From positions 32,001 to 96,000 of the forward strand of contig CAVTQK010000009.1 of NCBI GenBank assembly GCA_963736855.1: 64,000 bases of DNA, given 5' to 3'. Origin of the DNA: an uncultured delta proteobacterium. Its GTDB lineage: Bacteria; Desulfobacterota; Desulfobacteria; Desulfobacterales; UBA2156. Below are positions 8,823 to 19,651 of this stretch, in pieces. A program made the position numbers and the translations under genes. Below the pieces are notes generated by a model. It worked only from the letters and a program-made list of their open reading frames with translations, searched no databases and was not told the origin of the DNA. How positions within the stretch are numbered: the first letter of the stretch is position 1; every line of letters begins with the position of its first letter.

Positions 8823-9461
8823 TTACAGACCGGCTTCGATGGCATCCCACAACTGGTCTTTCCCCTGTCCGGTTTTTGCCGAAAAAAGAATCAGCTCATC
8901 CGGGTCCAGGTTAAACGCCCTCGAGGCGCCGGATCGCTGAAAAAGCTGCCGGGTCTTGGACAGCTTGTCCGCTTTTGTCAAAACAATGATGCCGCGTTGA
9001 CCCTGCCGGGCGAGCCACTCCATCAGAGCCAGTTCCTCATCCCCCGGAGTCCTGCGGACATCCATGACCACCACGACGCCTTTGAGCTGGCTTCTTTTTC
9101 GAAGATACATCTCGATCCATTGTTTCCAGCTTTTTCTCAAGGTGATGGGGACCTTGGCATATCCATAACCCGGCAAATCCACAAACATCAGCATCCCATT
9201 GATGAGAAAAAAATTCAACTGTCGGGTCTTTCCCGGCGTGTTGCTTGTTTTCACGAGATTTTTTCGGTTAACCAGGGTATTGATCAGGGAAGATTTCCCT
9301 GCATTGGATCGTCCCGAAAAGGCGATTTCCGGAAAATTGCCGACCGGATAATGGCTGGGATTTACCGCGCTTTTGATAAACTCTGCGGAACGGATCTTCA
9401 AGGGTTCAAGGCTCCAGTCGATGCCGGTTCTCGTCAAATATGCGGCTGCCGATTGCCTCAT
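8823..9461 (-). CDS. engB: Ribosome biogenesis GTPase YihA/EngB
   Basis: EIAFSGRSNAGKSSLIN, PGKTR.LNFF, DLPGYGYA, TKADK. Confidence 0.95.
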   Translation of the reverse strand: MRQSAAAYLTRTGIDWSLEPLKIRSAEFIKSAVNPSHYPVGNFPEIAFSGRSNAGKSSLINTLVNRKNLVKTSNTPGKTRQLNFFLINGMLMFVDLPGYGYAKVPITLRKSWKQWIEMYLRKRSQLKGVVVVMDVRRTPGDEELALMEWLARQGQRGIIVLTKADKLSKTRQLFQRSGASRAFNLDPDELILFSAKTGQGKDQLWDAIEAGL

Positions 9462-9481
9462 CCATGCCCACTAGAAAGATC

Positions 9482-9727
9482 TCAACCGGATAAGGGCCGT
9501 CTGCAAGGCCCTCTTTTTTTGAGGTAGTCTTCCAAACGATTCATCCCTTCCGCGATGTTTTCTATGGAATTGGCATAGGAAAACCGGAGGTACCCCTCTC
9601 CGTTTTGTCCGAAATCGATCCCCGGCGCCACACCCACATGGGCTTTTTCCAGGAGATCAAAGGCCAGCTCATACGATTTTTCATGGATGTATGCGGCATT
9701 GGCAAAAACATAGAACGCCCCGGTCCT
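9482..9727 (-). pseudogene. C-terminal ~80 aa remnant of a class I/II PLP-dependent aminotransferase
   Basis: TGAFYVFANA...LLEKAHVGVAPGIDFGQNGEGYLRFSYANSIENIAEGMNRL*; no start codon; begins immediately after the hisG stop. Confidence 0.85.
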
Positions 9728-10600
9728 TTAAACCACCTTATTCAAGGGGTATTCGATGATCCCCTCGGCGCCCCGTTTTAAAAGCTCCGGGATCAGGTCC
9801 CGAACGATCCCGCTGTCCACCACGGTCTCCACCGAGAACCATTTACTCTGGTACAGCGGAGCCACGGTGGGGGCGTTCAGGCTGGGGAGGAGAGCCACCA
9901 CTTTTTCGAGGCATTGTTCAGGGACGTTCATTTTCAATCCAACGAGCTTTTCACCCAAAAGCGCCCCTTTGAGCAAAAGGGCGATCTGTTCGATCTTCTC
10001 CCGCTTTTCGGGATTTTTGAAGGATTCGCGATTGGCGATGAGCTGTGTGTTGGTCTGCATCAATTCGAGGATGATCCGAAGCCCATGGGCCCTGAGGGTG
10101 CTTTCGGTCTCCGTTACCTCCACGATGGCGTCGACCAGCCCGGATACCACCTTGGCTTCGGTGGCTCCCCATGAAAATTCCACATTCACACCAACGTGAC
10201 GTTCCTTGAAAAAGCGCTGGGTAAACTGGACCAGCTCCGTGGCGATCTTCTTGCCGCTTAGGTCTTCGAGGGACCGAATGGGTGAATCGTACGGCACAGC
10301 GAGGATCCAGCGGGCAGGCCGTGAACTGATTTTCGAATAAACCAGATCTGCGACCACGTGGACATCGGAGGCGTTTTCCGCAATCCAGTCCTTACCGGTC
10401 AAACCCGCATCCAGCGTCCCCCCTTCCACATATCGGGACATCTCCTGAGCGCGGCAGATGGCGCACTCAATGAAAGGATCGTTGATCTCCGGAAAATAGC
10501 TCCTCCCGTTCACTTCGATGGTCCATCCTGATCGTTTAAACAGAGCGATAGTGGCGTTATGAAGGCTTCCCTTGGGTATTCCGAGCTTGATTTTCGTCAT
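9728..10600 (-). CDS. hisG: ATP phosphoribosyltransferase (long form)
   Basis: KLGIPKGSL, RAQEM, DAGLTGKDW, SWGATEAK, C-terminal regulatory domain. Confidence 0.96.
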   Translation of the reverse strand: MTKIKLGIPKGSLHNATIALFKRSGWTIEVNGRSYFPEINDPFIECAICRAQEMSRYVEGGTLDAGLTGKDWIAENASDVHVVADLVYSKISSRPARWILAVPYDSPIRSLEDLSGKKIATELVQFTQRFFKERHVGVNVEFSWGATEAKVVSGLVDAIVEVTETESTLRAHGLRIILELMQTNTQLIANRESFKNPEKREKIEQIALLLKGALLGEKLVGLKMNVPEQCLEKVVALLPSLNAPTVAPLYQSKWFSVETVVDSGIVRDLIPELLKRGAEGIIEYPLNKVV

Positions 10601-10977
10601 TTTCCGTAGACCTCCCTGGGATCGAACACCGGCGAGCCTACAACATGAATGGAACCGTTGCGCACTTCTTTGTGAAAACAGCTTCGATGGCCGGTATGAC
10701 ATGCGGCCCCGCCCACCTGTTCCACCAGCAGGAGTACAGCATCGTCGTCGCAGTCGATTCGGATTTCTTTGACAATCTGGTAACGCCCGGAAGTATTTCC
10801 CTTGATCCAGAGTTCCTGGCGACTGCGGCTGAAAAACGTGGCCCGCCCGGTTTTAAGTGTCAAATGCCAAGCCTGTTCGTTTATGAACCCCAGCATGAGG
10901 ACTTCCCGGGTTTCGTAATCCTGTACCACCGCGGGGACAAGCCCTCCCATCTTGTCAAAGCTTAACTTCACCATCAT
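10597..10977 (-). CDS. hisI: Phosphoribosyl-AMP cyclohydrolase
   Basis: FSRSRQELWIKG.TSG, DCDDD, ACHTGHRSCF. Confidence 0.96.
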   Translation of the reverse strand: MMVKLSFDKMGGLVPAVVQDYETREVLMLGFINEQAWHLTLKTGRATFFSRSRQELWIKGNTSGRYQIVKEIRIDCDDDAVLLLVEQVGGAACHTGHRSCFHKEVRNGSIHVVGSPVFDPREVYGK

Positions 10978-11153
10978 CGATTCCTTAATGACATGAAAAC
11001 AAGAAAATTAAGAATATAAACTAATTTAAATAACGTCGCACCCTCAAGTTGTCAATTGCTTTTTAGTGCGATTCAGATGGATCCGGCCCTTGTCTTGTTA
11101 AGCTTTACCTGGTAAAATTACTTATTAGCGAACACAGCCTCTGCCGAACACCC

Positions 11154-13556
11154 ATGACAAAAAAAAACGCACAGATACTCAAAAAGCGTGCAAAAAAATC
11201 GGGCTCCTGGAAACAGGGACTTCTTTTCCGTTGGTTCGCCTACACGGCGATCTTTTTGCTGATGCTGGGAATCCTTGGAATGACGGGCATCTATTTCTAT
11301 CTGGCGGAAGATCTCCCCCAGATCGAGTCCCTGAAGGATTACCGGCCTCCCGTTATCACCACGGTGTACTCGGACGACAACCGGAAAATCGGTGAATTTT
11401 ATAAAGAGCGGCGGATCGTCGTTCCTTTGGCTGATATTTCACCGATACTGAAAGCAGCCTTCATCGCCGCCGAAGACTCCCGCTTCTACGATCATGAAGG
11501 GATCGATTTCATCAGCATCCTCCGGGCTTTCTTCAAGAATATAGAGGCAGGCGCCATCGTTCAAGGAGGAAGCACCATTACCCAGCAGGTGACTAAATCC
11601 TTCTTTTTGACCCCGGAAAAAAGCTACCGGCGGAAACTCAAGGAGGCCATCTTGGCCTATCGGATCGATAAATCGCTTTCCAAAGAGGAGATCCTCTATC
11701 TTTACCTGAATCAAATTTACATGGGGCACGGCGCCTACGGCGTCCAGGCCGCCGCAGAAAATTATTTCGGGAAGTCCGCCAAGGATCTCAATCTCGCCGA
11801 GTGCGCCATGCTCGCCGGGCTTCCTCAGGCCCCCAGTAAATACTCTCCTGTCGGCTATCCCGACAAGGCCAAGGAGCGACAGATTTACGTGATAAACCGG
11901 ATGGTGGCCGAAGGCTTCATCACCAACCTGGAAGCCACCGAGGCCATTAATACAAAGCTGGAAATCCAACCGCGCAAAAACTGGTTCATCGAAGAGGTCC
12001 CGTACTACACCGAGCATGTGAGGCAATATGCGGAAAACAAGTACGGCCCCGACGCCCTCTATACGGGAGGGCTTAAAGTGTATACCGCCGTGAATATTGA
12101 GATGCAAAATATCGGGCGGTCGGAAATCGATATCGGACTTCGTGACCTGGACAAGCGCCAGGGATATCGGGGACCTGTCGCGCACTTGGCCATCGAGGAG
12201 ATCGAAAATTTTTCGAAAACCCTCCAAGAAGAGATGGGGGCAAATCCCCCCGATGCCGGACAAGTCATCAAGGGAGCGGTGGTGGAAGTCAACAACACCG
12301 CCTCTCGCGTTACGGTCAGAATTGGGCGTTACCTGGGAACCCTCCTGCTGGAAGACATGAAGTGGGCCCGGAAGCCGAACCCGGATGTGGAATACCATGA
12401 ACCTGGATTGAAGCATCCGTCGGATGCGCTTTCGGTGGGAGACGTGATCTGGGTCAAGATTAAAGTGGCACCAAAAGACCCCAAGTCCTTATACTATCTG
12501 GCACTGGAACAAGACCCGAAAGTCCAGGCCGCCCTCCTGTGCATCGAAACAGAAAGCGGGTATGTCAAGGTGATTGTAGGGGGAAGGGATTTCCGTGAAA
12601 GTCAGTTCAATCGCGCCACCCAATCCAGGCGACAGCCAGGCTCGGCCTTTAAACCGATTATTTATGCGGCGGCCCTTGACAAGGGTTATACGCCCGCCAC
12701 CATGATCATCGATTCCCCCATTGTCTTTCGAGACACGGAGGATAATTTCTCCTGGAAACCCAAAAACTATAAGGAGAAGTTTTTCGGCCCCACCCTTTTG
12801 CGGGAGGCCCTTGCCAAATCACGAAATGTCGTCACCATTAAGATACTCCAGGACATCGGGGTCAATTACGCCATTGATTATGCCCGAAAACTCGGTATCA
12901 CCTCGGATCTGTACGGAAACCTCTCATTGGCCCTTGGGGCTTCAGGGGTATCTCTCTTCGAACTGACCCGCGCCTACTCTGTTTTTGCCAATTCAGGATA
13001 TCTGGTGGAGCCCGTGTTTATCACCCGAGTCCTCGATCGGGACGGCAAGGTCCTGGAAAAGACGGAACTTAAAATCCAAAAAGTCATCGAAAAAAGCACG
13101 GCGTATTTGTTGACGAATCTCATGGAAAGCGTCGTAAAAGATGGAACCGGATGGCGTGTACGGGCTCTCAACCGGCCGGTAGCCGGCAAGACCGGTACCA
13201 CCAACAACCTGTTCGATGCATGGTTTATCGGATATACGCCCCGATATGTCACAGGCGTCTGGGTGGGGTTTGACGAGGAGAAGTCTCTTGGCGAAGGGGA
13301 AACCGGGTCACGTTCCGCCAGTCCCATCTGGCTGGAGTTCATGAGAAAGGTCCTTGCCGACAAACCTGTCCGTGTGTTTCAGGTTCCCGAGGGAGTGGTG
13401 TTCATCAAGATCGACTCAAAGACCGGTCTTCTTCCCATTCCCGAATCCGAGAAGGTGATCTTCGAGTGCTTTAAAGAAGGGACGGCGCCCACTCAGCATA
13501 CCCGACGGCCCGGGACGATCGCCAACCCCGAGGAGTTTTACAAATCCGATTTATAA
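11154..13556 (+). CDS. mrcA: Penicillin-binding protein 1A (with OB insert)
   Basis: EDSRFYDHEG, GGSTITQQ, RKLKE; SAFK, SRN and KTGT transpeptidase motifs. Confidence 0.95.
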   Translation: MTKKNAQILKKRAKKSGSWKQGLLFRWFAYTAIFLLMLGILGMTGIYFYLAEDLPQIESLKDYRPPVITTVYSDDNRKIGEFYKERRIVVPLADISPILKAAFIAAEDSRFYDHEGIDFISILRAFFKNIEAGAIVQGGSTITQQVTKSFFLTPEKSYRRKLKEAILAYRIDKSLSKEEILYLYLNQIYMGHGAYGVQAAAENYFGKSAKDLNLAECAMLAGLPQAPSKYSPVGYPDKAKERQIYVINRMVAEGFITNLEATEAINTKLEIQPRKNWFIEEVPYYTEHVRQYAENKYGPDALYTGGLKVYTAVNIEMQNIGRSEIDIGLRDLDKRQGYRGPVAHLAIEEIENFSKTLQEEMGANPPDAGQVIKGAVVEVNNTASRVTVRIGRYLGTLLLEDMKWARKPNPDVEYHEPGLKHPSDALSVGDVIWVKIKVAPKDPKSLYYLALEQDPKVQAALLCIETESGYVKVIVGGRDFRESQFNRATQSRRQPGSAFKPIIYAAALDKGYTPATMIIDSPIVFRDTEDNFSWKPKNYKEKFFGPTLLREALAKSRNVVTIKILQDIGVNYAIDYARKLGITSDLYGNLSLALGASGVSLFELTRAYSVFANSGYLVEPVFITRVLDRDGKVLEKTELKIQKVIEKSTAYLLTNLMESVVKDGTGWRVRALNRPVAGKTGTTNNLFDAWFIGYTPRYVTGVWVGFDEEKSLGEGETGSRSASPIWLEFMRKVLADKPVRVFQVPEGVVFIKIDSKTGLLPIPESEKVIFECFKEGTAPTQHTRRPGTIANPEEFYKSDL

Positions 13557-13569
13557 ATGCGGGATGCAG

Positions 13570-14448
13570 TTATCGACCGGATGTTTCCTGAAGGATGTCT
13601 AGAAGATATTGCCCATAATGGTTTTTGGTCATATCGGAGGCGAGCTCCCTGAGCGCCGATGCGCTGATATAACCGAGCCGATAGGCAATCTCCTCAATGC
13701 ACGCGATTTTAAGCCCCTGGCGCGCCTGAATGATCTGAACAAAGTTGGCCGCCTGATGCATGGAATCATGAGTTCCGGTATCCAACCAAGCCAGCCCTCT
13801 TCCTAAAAGCTCGACCCGAAGCCGTCCCTTTTTCAGGTAAGCCAGGTTCAAGTCTGTGATCTCCAGCTCCCCCCGGGCCGAGGGATGCAGGGATGTGGCG
13901 ATATTGACCACCTCGTTATCGTATAGGTAAAGGCCGACAACGGCATAGCTGGACTTGGGGTGTTTCGGTTTTTCCTCGATTCCGACAACCCTTCCCGTCG
14001 AATCGAATTCTACCACGCCGTATCGTTCCGGATCCTTGACCGGGTATCCGAAAATAAGCCCGCCTTCATGAAGTCGAACCGCTTTTTTCATGATTTCCGA
14101 AAGATCGTGGCCGTAAAAAATGTTGTCCCCCAGAATCAGACAGACCGCGTCTTTGCCGATAAAGGACTTTCCGATGATAAAAGCCTGGGCCAGACCCTCC
14201 GGCTTCGGTTGTTCGGCATAAAAAAGGGAGAGCCCGACCTTTGAGCCGTTTCCCAAAAGCCTTTCGAAGCTGGGCAGGTCCTGAGGGGTGGAAATGATCA
14301 ATATCTCCCGGATACCGGCCAGCATCAAAACGGACAATGGATAATAGATCATCGGTTTATCATAAACCGGAAGCAGTTGCTTGCTGACCACACGGGTGAT
14401 CGGATACATGCGCGTTCCCGATCCGCCCGCCAAGATAATTCCTTTCAT
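13570..14448 (-). CDS. rfbA: Glucose-1-phosphate thymidylyltransferase
   Basis: [39 protein letters not shown]. Confidence 0.97.
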   Translation of the reverse strand: MKGIILAGGSGTRMYPITRVVSKQLLPVYDKPMIYYPLSVLMLAGIREILIISTPQDLPSFERLLGNGSKVGLSLFYAEQPKPEGLAQAFIIGKSFIGKDAVCLILGDNIFYGHDLSEIMKKAVRLHEGGLIFGYPVKDPERYGVVEFDSTGRVVGIEEKPKHPKSSYAVVGLYLYDNEVVNIATSLHPSARGELEITDLNLAYLKKGRLRVELLGRGLAWLDTGTHDSMHQAANFVQIIQARQGLKIACIEEIAYRLGYISASALRELASDMTKNHYGQYLLDILQETSGR

Positions 14449-14477
14449 CGATTATCCTTTCCCAATGATTCACCTTC

Positions 14478-14630
14478 GATGAACTCGTAAAAAGTCGAAA
14501 ATCAGATGGCAAAGCAAAAAGTTCAAGTTCAAGGCGTCGCGAATCCCGTGTGATGAGGCGTACTTATCGTACGTCGAAATCGCAATGGGATGAAGCGCAA
14601 CGCAGAAATTGGACTTTTTACGAAGCCATC
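14478..14630. mobile_element. MITE-like miniature inverted-repeat element (153 bp)
   Basis: Imperfect TIRs GATGAACTCGTAAAAAGTC / GACTTTTTACGAAGCCATC flanked by direct repeat ACCTTC (14472-14477 and 14631-14636). Confidence 0.8.
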
Positions 14631-14665
14631 ACCTTCGACCTTTATGAATCCGAAGGAGTGGCTTA

Positions 14666-16231
14666 TTACGACAAGGAGATGGTTTCTCCCGTCCGCGGAA
14701 CCTGTACTTCGTATCCTTTCTTTTTCAGTGTATCGGCAAATGCCAGTGCCTGTGTTTCTTCACCATGCACAACAGCAATGCGCCTGACCTTTAAGTTGGA
14801 ATCCTTCAGAAACCGTAGCATTTCCTCTTTGTCTGCATGGGCGCTGAATCCACCGATGGTTACCACCCGGGCCTTGAGGAAAAACACCTGGTTGAAAAAC
14901 TTGATCTGCGGTGCTTCGCCTTTTCTCCCTTTTTGTGAATAAGCCTCACCCTGTTCTAAAATGCGGCGTCCCAATGTATTTTCCGCCATATATCCCACAA
15001 TTAGAATAGTATTCCTCGGGTCCTGAATCTTGTGCCGTAAGTGGTGGAGGATTCGCCCGCCTTCGCACATACCGGATCCGGATATGACGATGTGAGGGCC
15101 TTTTTTCCGCATCAGCTTCATGGAATCTTCCACCGAGGCCACGAATTTCAAAGAAGAAAACTCAAAAGGGTTTTTTCCTTTTTTTAAAAAATCCTCGTGG
15201 GATTCTCTATCAAAGATTTCCGGATGCTCGCCATAGATCTGTGTCAGTTCGATGGCCAGGGGGCTGTCCAGATATACCGGAATCCGGGGCACCTCGCCGG
15301 TAATAAAAAGCTCATGAATCACATAGAGCAGTTCCTGGGTTCGGCCGAAAGCAAAAGACGGTATCAACAGGACTCCGCCGCGACGGACGGTTTCTTTGAT
15401 GATTTCCCCGAGAGCCGGCCCCAACTCTGCTACCGGACCGTGTTCCCGGTCACCGTAGGTGCTTTCCATGATCAGTAAATCGAGGTTACGATCTTCCTGG
15501 GCAAAATCGGTGGTCGGATTCCTTAGGATGGGTTTGTCGAACCGTCCAATATCGCCGGTAAAACCCACGGTTCGGGCATCACCGTTTTCCTGAATCCTGA
15601 CAATGCAAAATGACGAGCCCAGGATATGGCCGGCATCGTAAAGGGTACACGTGGCGTCGTATCCCACCGGGATGGCGTGTTGGTAAGGATACCCTTCGAA
15701 ATGCGGAAGCGCCTTTTGAGCTTCTTCCACGGTATATAACGGATCCACACCTTCCAGCCGGTAGCGTTGGATAGTTTCCCGGATGACCTCCAGATTCAGC
15801 TGAGCCCGGCTCATTTTTAGCATCTTTTTGATCCGCCGATCATTTTGCTTTTCCCGGTGGTTTCTGATTTCGGTTAAAAAGGATCGCACCGTTTTATAAT
15901 TCAGATAATCGGCGTCGGATTGCTGGATATGGGCCGAATCCAGAAGAAGAGATCCGGAGGCGTCCGCTGTGGCCCGGGTACAGAAGACGCGGCCGTTGAA
16001 TCCCTTTTTCGTCACCATAGGAATGCGGCCGGAATGATCGATATGGGCATGGGAAAGGATGATGCCGGCGATCATTTGCGGGTCAAACGGAAGAACCCGG
16101 TTTTTTTCCAGGCTCTCCCTCCGCCGCCCCTGAAACAGGCCGCAGTCCAGAACGATCCGGTCCTTAGCCGTAGTCAACAGATGCAAAGATCCTGTCACTT
16201 CCCGCGCAGCACCGTAAAATGTGACATGCAC
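14666..16231 (-). CDS. MBL-fold beta-CASP ribonuclease
   Basis: GAAREVTGS, DCG, HAHIDHSG, AGHILGS, ESTYG, SGSGMCEGGR, FSAHAD, VHGE; GTG start with AGGAGG RBS. Confidence 0.92.
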   Translation of the reverse strand: MHVTFYGAAREVTGSLHLLTTAKDRIVLDCGLFQGRRRESLEKNRVLPFDPQMIAGIILSHAHIDHSGRIPMVTKKGFNGRVFCTRATADASGSLLLDSAHIQQSDADYLNYKTVRSFLTEIRNHREKQNDRRIKKMLKMSRAQLNLEVIRETIQRYRLEGVDPLYTVEEAQKALPHFEGYPYQHAIPVGYDATCTLYDAGHILGSSFCIVRIQENGDARTVGFTGDIGRFDKPILRNPTTDFAQEDRNLDLLIMESTYGDREHGPVAELGPALGEIIKETVRRGGVLLIPSFAFGRTQELLYVIHELFITGEVPRIPVYLDSPLAIELTQIYGEHPEIFDRESHEDFLKKGKNPFEFSSLKFVASVEDSMKLMRKKGPHIVISGSGMCEGGRILHHLRHKIQDPRNTILIVGYMAENTLGRRILEQGEAYSQKGRKGEAPQIKFFNQVFFLKARVVTIGGFSAHADKEEMLRFLKDSNLKVRRIAVVHGEETQALAFADTLKKKGYEVQVPRTGETISLS

Positions 16232-16236
16232 GATGA

Positions 16237-18033
16237 CTACCTCCTTTTGATTTTCAAGAAGAGCTCTTCCAGTTGTTCCTTGCCGACGTCCGATGGCGCA
16301 TTGGTTAAAAGGCAAGAGGCCTTCTGGGTTTTCGGAAATGCGATAACGTCCCGGATGGATGTCTCCCGACAAAGAAGCATCACCAACCGATCGAACCCGA
16401 ATGCGATCCCCCCATGAGGAGGTGCTCCGGAGTCGAGCGCCGAGAGCAAGAAGCCGAATTTTTCCTCATAGTCCTCGGGTGGCAGACCCAAAACATGAAA
16501 TAATTTTTCCTGGAACTTCCTTTGATGATTGCGAATGCTTCCCCCACCGATTTCATACCCGTTGAGCACCAGGTCATAGGCGCGGGATCTTACAGAGAGC
16601 GGATCCGTATCGAGCAGCGGAATGTCCTCTTCCAGGGGTGCTGTAAATGGGTGGTGAAGGGCCTTGAAACGTTTCTCCGTTTCGTCGTATTCCAAAAGCG
16701 GAAAATGGGTAACCCAAACGAACTGAATTTGGCTCTCATCGATAAGACCCAGTTTTTTCCCCAGAAGGTTTCTCAGGCTCCCCATGGATTCGTTGGCAAC
16801 GCAAGATCGGTCGGCCACAAAAAACACAAGATCTCCCGGAGCCAAGTCCAGGCGACGGATCAGAAGGGCCTTTTCTTCTTCGGAAAAGTACTTCGCGATA
16901 GGTGATTGCCATTCGTTTTCTTTGATCTTGATCCACGCCAGTCCTTTGGCCCGGTAAATTTTCACGAATTCTGTCAGATCGTCGATTTCTTTTCGGGAAA
17001 ATCCACCGCATCTTTTGGCGTTCAGAGCCTTGACGATCCCCCCTTGTTTCACCGCGTTTGAAAAGAGATTAAAATTCGATCGGGAAAGGATATCCGAAAC
17101 ATCGCAAAGTTCCAGGGAAAACCGTGTATCCGGACGGTCCAAACCGAACCGATCCATCGCTTCGGTGTAGGTGATTCTCGGTAAAGGCGATGGAATGGTT
17201 TTTCCTAGTACGGCTTGAAAAATTCCGGAGACCATCCTCTCTGAAATCTCAATGATATCGTCTTCCCCGACAAAGGACATTTCCATATCGATCTGGGTGA
17301 ACTCCGGCTGCCGATCCGCCCGGAGATCCTCGTCTCTGAAGCATCGGACGATCTGATAATACCGGTCGAATCCGGAGATCATCAGAAGCTGCTTGAAAAG
17401 CTGAGGAGACTGGGGAAGAGCATAGAATTGTCCGGGGTTCAACCGGCTGGGGACTATGTAATCCCTGGCGCCTTCCGGCGTGCTTCGGGTCAGAAAAGGA
17501 GTTTCGATATCCACGAATCCGTTTAGGTTTAAAAAGTTCCGAACCGCCGTCGCGGCTTTATGCCGTGCCAGGATATTCTTCTGAAGCCTCGACCGTCGAA
17601 GATCGATATGCCGGAACTTGAGCCGGATCATCTCCGAGACATCGACGTCATCTTCGATGAGAAACGGCGGCGCCGAAGAGCGGTTGAGAATCCGAAGTTC
17701 GAAAACGAGCACTTCGATTTCTCCGGTTTCAAGAACCGGGTTGGTCATCCCTTCCGGTCTCCGGTCCACACGCCCCCGGACCGCGATGACGAATTCGCTG
17801 CGCAGGACATGGGCTTTCTGATGGACGGCGTCATCGACATCGGGGTTGAAAACTACCTGGGTGATCCCTTCCCGATCTCTTAAATCAATAAAGATCACGC
17901 CGCCATGATCTCTTCGGCGCTGGACCCAACCCATGAGCACCACCTCTTTTCCCGCGTCGCTTGCACGAAGAGCGTTACAGTGGTGAGTCCGTCGCAGATC
18001 TCCGAGGGCATCCATGTCCATCATATCCGGCAT
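16237..18033 (-). CDS. aspS: Aspartate--tRNA ligase, probably non-discriminating
   Basis: [52 protein letters not shown]. Confidence 0.97.
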   Translation of the reverse strand: MPDMMDMDALGDLRRTHHCNALRASDAGKEVVLMGWVQRRRDHGGVIFIDLRDREGITQVVFNPDVDDAVHQKAHVLRSEFVIAVRGRVDRRPEGMTNPVLETGEIEVLVFELRILNRSSAPPFLIEDDVDVSEMIRLKFRHIDLRRSRLQKNILARHKAATAVRNFLNLNGFVDIETPFLTRSTPEGARDYIVPSRLNPGQFYALPQSPQLFKQLLMISGFDRYYQIVRCFRDEDLRADRQPEFTQIDMEMSFVGEDDIIEISERMVSGIFQAVLGKTIPSPLPRITYTEAMDRFGLDRPDTRFSLELCDVSDILSRSNFNLFSNAVKQGGIVKALNAKRCGGFSRKEIDDLTEFVKIYRAKGLAWIKIKENEWQSPIAKYFSEEEKALLIRRLDLAPGDLVFFVADRSCVANESMGSLRNLLGKKLGLIDESQIQFVWVTHFPLLEYDETEKRFKALHHPFTAPLEEDIPLLDTDPLSVRSRAYDLVLNGYEIGGGSIRNHQRKFQEKLFHVLGLPPEDYEEKFGFLLSALDSGAPPHGGIAFGFDRLVMLLCRETSIRDVIAFPKTQKASCLLTNAPSDVGKEQLEELFLKIKRR

Positions 18034-18090
18034 CTTTTTTCTTTCGGTTATCTCTTACGTAGAGGTTCGGGTTTCATGATGCGCTGCATT

Positions 18091-19365
18091 TCAGGTAGTA
18101 TTTACAATCCGCTCGATCACCGTCTGCATCAGCATGGAAAAAGGAACGGCCTCCTGCCGGGCCTCGCCCATATCCCGCAGCACCGCGGTTTTTTCTGAAA
18201 GTTCTTCTTCACCGATGATAATCACATACCGGGAGGCCAGTTTATCGGCCCGTTTCATCTGGGCTTTCAGCCCGCGATCGCCGAAATCCATCTCGGCGGG
18301 GATCCCTTTTTCGTTCAGCCGGCATACCCATTCGAATGCTTTTTCCTGGCTTTCCCTCCCGATGGCGGCGATGAACACCTTCGGATTTCCGGTTGGCAAC
18401 TCGTCATCCTTTTTCAAGATTTCCGCCAGGCGATCCAGCCCGATGGCAAACCCTGTGGCCGGGATCTCGGGTCCGCCCAGCGCTTTTACCAAGCCGTCAT
18501 ACCGACCACCGCCGGCGATGGCATTCTGCGCCCCCAGCGCATGGGTTTGGATTTCAAAAGTGCTTCGGGTGTAATAGTCGAGCCCGCGGACCAGCCGGGG
18601 ATCCGGGACATAAGCCACCCCAAGAACGGTTAACGCCGCCTTAAACCTTTGGAAATGTTCCTGGCAGTCTGGGCACAGAAACGCCACCATGTCGGGGGCT
18701 TGCGCCATGGCCTCACGGCATGAGGGCACTTTACAATCCAACAGTCGTAAGGGATTTTTCGTTTTGCGACGGGCGCAATCGGCACAAAGCTCGACATCCA
18801 TGCCAACGACATGCTCCATAAGTGCCTTTTTAAATGCCGGCCGGCAAACCGGACAGCCGAGAGAATTGATATGAGCGGTTGTATCCGAAACACCCAGTTT
18901 CGAAAAAAGGATTTTCAGGATGAACACGAGTTGGGCGTCAATCAATGGCGAATCGCTACCGAGGACCTCGGCGTTAATCTGATAAAATTGACGATATCTT
19001 CCCTTCTGGGGACGCTCCCTCCTGAACATGGGTCCGGTGGTGAAAAGCTTATGAAAGGGATCCCCTGCGTAGAGTTTGTGCTGAATATAGGATCGGACAA
19101 TGGAAGCCGTCGCCTCCGGTCGCAATGTAACGGGATCCCCTTTTCGGTCCTCAAAGGTATACATTTCCTTTTCAACGATATCGGTGTCCTTGCCGATGCT
19201 CCTGGCAAAAAGTTCGGTTTTTTCAAGAATCGGGATGCGGATTTCCCGAAATCCAAAATCCGATAAAACGGCCCTCGCCGTATCCTCAATGACCTGCCAG
19301 CGCTCTGATTCCCCGGGAAGAATGTCCCGAAATCCTCGAATCAGTTGAATCATTTTCCCCGTCAC
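18091..19365 (-). CDS. hisS: Histidine--tRNA ligase
   Basis: RGFRD, KEMYTF, LRPEATA, FRRERPQKGRYRQF, RGLDYY, GGGRYD. Confidence 0.97.
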   Translation of the reverse strand: MTGKMIQLIRGFRDILPGESERWQVIEDTARAVLSDFGFREIRIPILEKTELFARSIGKDTDIVEKEMYTFEDRKGDPVTLRPEATASIVRSYIQHKLYAGDPFHKLFTTGPMFRRERPQKGRYRQFYQINAEVLGSDSPLIDAQLVFILKILFSKLGVSDTTAHINSLGCPVCRPAFKKALMEHVVGMDVELCADCARRKTKNPLRLLDCKVPSCREAMAQAPDMVAFLCPDCQEHFQRFKAALTVLGVAYVPDPRLVRGLDYYTRSTFEIQTHALGAQNAIAGGGRYDGLVKALGGPEIPATGFAIGLDRLAEILKKDDELPTGNPKVFIAAIGRESQEKAFEWVCRLNEKGIPAEMDFGDRGLKAQMKRADKLASRYVIIIGEEELSEKTAVLRDMGEARQEAVPFSMLMQTVIERIVNTT

Positions 19366-19651
19366 CTATGGTTTCCAGCGGTTTTGCATGGATGCGTCTG
19401 CCCGTTTATGATGACACAAACTGATTTTAATACTCTTCCGACGACTGAAAAGTCAACATGAAGTTACTTTATTCCCGGAAACTATCCTACCAAGCAAATA
19501 CGAGGTTACCTGAATACTAGGTGAGCAAGTCATCGGATCAACCGAGAAACACAGGTAACCCATAATCCATTCGGGATGAGGACGGCTAAAAAAGGGAGAA
19601 CCCGTGCGGAAGAAATGAGCCCGTTCCGATGATGCAGACCGATTCGATGGG

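Noticed and set aside
9728..9730. Stop-codon readthrough giving a HisG-aminotransferase fusion
   Set aside because: The stop is TAA, HisG ends at its normal C-terminus, and the fragment lacks the PLP-binding core
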